DNA of 64,000 nt. Origin: Azolla caroliniana (taxonomy: Eukaryota > Plantae > Polypodiophyta). The DNA lies in assembly GCA_043228905.1 (NCBI GenBank), contig JBHGNT010000007.1, positions 11,594,001 to 11,658,000 on the forward strand. The letters run 5' to 3'. The translations under genes were made by a program, and so were the position numbers. A model generated the notes under the pieces. It saw only the letters and a list, made by a program, of their open reading frames with translations, was not told where the DNA came from and ran no database searches. Within the stretch, counting starts at the first letter, position 1; every line of letters starts with the position of its first letter. This document shows, in pieces, positions 62,401-64,000 of this stretch.

Positions 62401-64000
62401 AGAAGGGTCATACAAAAGATCAATGTCGAAAGCTCCAACGGAAAGAGCACGACAACAAAGCTAAAGCTGCAGACCATAAAGGTCAGATTCCTAATGTCCT
62501 TCAGGTCTATACACATCATTTAAGTAATTGTCAATGTTCTTTCCCTCACTATGTATTGGGTCCCAATGATTTACTACGTGCAAACGGGTATATCAATGGA
62601 TCTCCCGTACAATTTTTATTTGATTCGGGAAGCTCACACAATTTTGTGAATGATCGTTTGGTTCAGATATGGGGAATCCAACCCACCGTAAGTGATCACA
62701 CCTACACGGTGCACTTGGCTGATGGAAGAGTACAATACATCAACGGGGCGATTCATTCATTAGGAATTTCTATTGATACTTATATAGAGGAAGTAGACTT
62801 CCATGTAATGAATCTTTGTACCACCGATGTAATACTGGGTTATCCCTGGTTTTATAATAAAAACTCTTCTTTATTTATTGATTGGGTTCGTCATTCCATT
62901 TCTTTTGTACTGAACGATTGTACGCATTTTATTCAATGTGTAAAAAAACAATCCCTCTCGATTGTTTCCTCGTGTCCATCAATATCCGAGTTGTCTTGTT
63001 CTACGTTATTTTATTGTGTACTTGATCCGGACATTCACGTTTACAATATCGATAATGTCCCGATTCAATTAACATATTTTGAACAACAACAACTTGATGA
63101 AATCTTAAATGATTTTCATGATGTTTTTCCAAGTGAACTACCTGATGGGTTACCTCCTAAACGTAATATAGACCATCGTATAGATATTGTACCTGGTGTT
63201 GCACCAATAAGTATACCTCCGTATCGCTTAAGTCGATCCGAAGAAGATGAGGTATCTAAGCAACTCAAGGACTATTTACGAATGGGTTATATACGTTATA
63301 GTAAATCTCCATGGGGTGCACCAGTTCTCTTGGTTAAAAAGAAAGAGGGCACATGGCGTATGTGTATTAATTACCGATGCTTGAATAAAGTGACGATCAA
63401 GAATTCGTATCCATTGCCCCGGGCTGACGATCTAATTGACCGTCTCCAGGGAGCTCGGTATTTTACGAAACTTGATCTCCGTACTGGCTACCATCAAATA
63501 GGAATAAGTGAGGACGATGTTCCTAAAACGGCATTTCGTACGCGCTATGGCCATTACGAGTTTTTGGTTATGCCTTTTGGTTTGACCAATGCTCCGGCTA
63601 CTTTTCAACAAGAAATGAATGACATTTTCCGAGAACAACTTGGAAAATTTGTCGTTATTTTCTTGGATGATATTTTAGTTTATAGCCGTACATTACAAGA
63701 ACATGCTAGACATGTCCGCTTTGTTTTACAAACATTGCGTGACAAACAGTTTTATGCGAAGATCTCAAAATGTGAGTTCTTCAAGAAATCAATTACTTAT
63801 CTAGGACATCTCATAACCGAAAGAGGAGTTGAAATTGATCCTTCTCGCATTGAGAAAATCATGCTTTGGCCCACTCTTCGGAATATTCGAGAAGTTCGAT
63901 CATTCCTTGGTTTTGTGGGGTTTTTGCGAAAGTCTCTTCGTAATTACTCCCAATTGACGACGCCATTTACTGATCTTTTAAAAGGTCAAACGCGTAAGTC
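59405..64000 (+). mobile_element. G4: Met-primed gypsy (G5 family), 5' LTR 59405-59859, long leader, degenerate gag-PR-RT; runs off window
   Basis: PBS TGGTATCAGA 59862-59871; gag from about 61548 with [14 protein letters not shown]; FDSGSSHNF; PFGLTNAP; FLDD. Confidence 0.9.
60108..60372 (+). repeat. Array of five palindromic repeats (period 55-62 bp) in the G4 leader
   Basis: GAGGT-NNNN-ACCTC cores at 60116, 60172, 60228, 60283 and 60345. Confidence 0.8.

Overview
This window is eukaryotic and made almost entirely of nested retrotransposons; I see no host gene. It is most likely from a seed-free land plant such as a fern, lycophyte or moss (inferred from the element types). Nest reconstructed from LTRs and target-site duplications (TSDs): a degenerate Ty1/copia (C3) hosts a Tcn1-like chromovirus A (pieces 1-818, 31904-33143, 44117-46611). 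A hosts two elements. (i) A 31-kb non-chromovirus Ty3/gypsy T (819-31903), which itself contains a copia solo LTR, chromovirus G1, tRNA-Trp-primed gypsy N2, pol-less element N1 and copia C1. (ii) Copia C2 (33144-44116), whose 5' LTR contains chromovirus G3. The right part holds scrambled copia fragments, an N-type solo LTR, truncated N3, a LINE, and two related Met-type chromoviruses (G4 inserted in G5). Main observations: (1) LTRs of seven elements from two gypsy lineages carry a tRNA-like Pol III A-box/B-box module (32-33 nt spacing where the A box is recognisable), always in U3 and always antisense to the element. (2) The Tcn1-like elements have no tRNA primer-binding site (PBS) but show a co-varying 12-nt self-priming duplex and a candidate -1 frameshift signal. 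(3) The Trp-primed N lineage makes 4-bp TSDs centred on CpG and includes a young pol-less member encoding Gag fused to a long disordered tail with a Trp-rich end. (4) Element T has a mirror-image PBS-like motif where its polypurine tract (PPT) should be. Coordinates were counted by eye.
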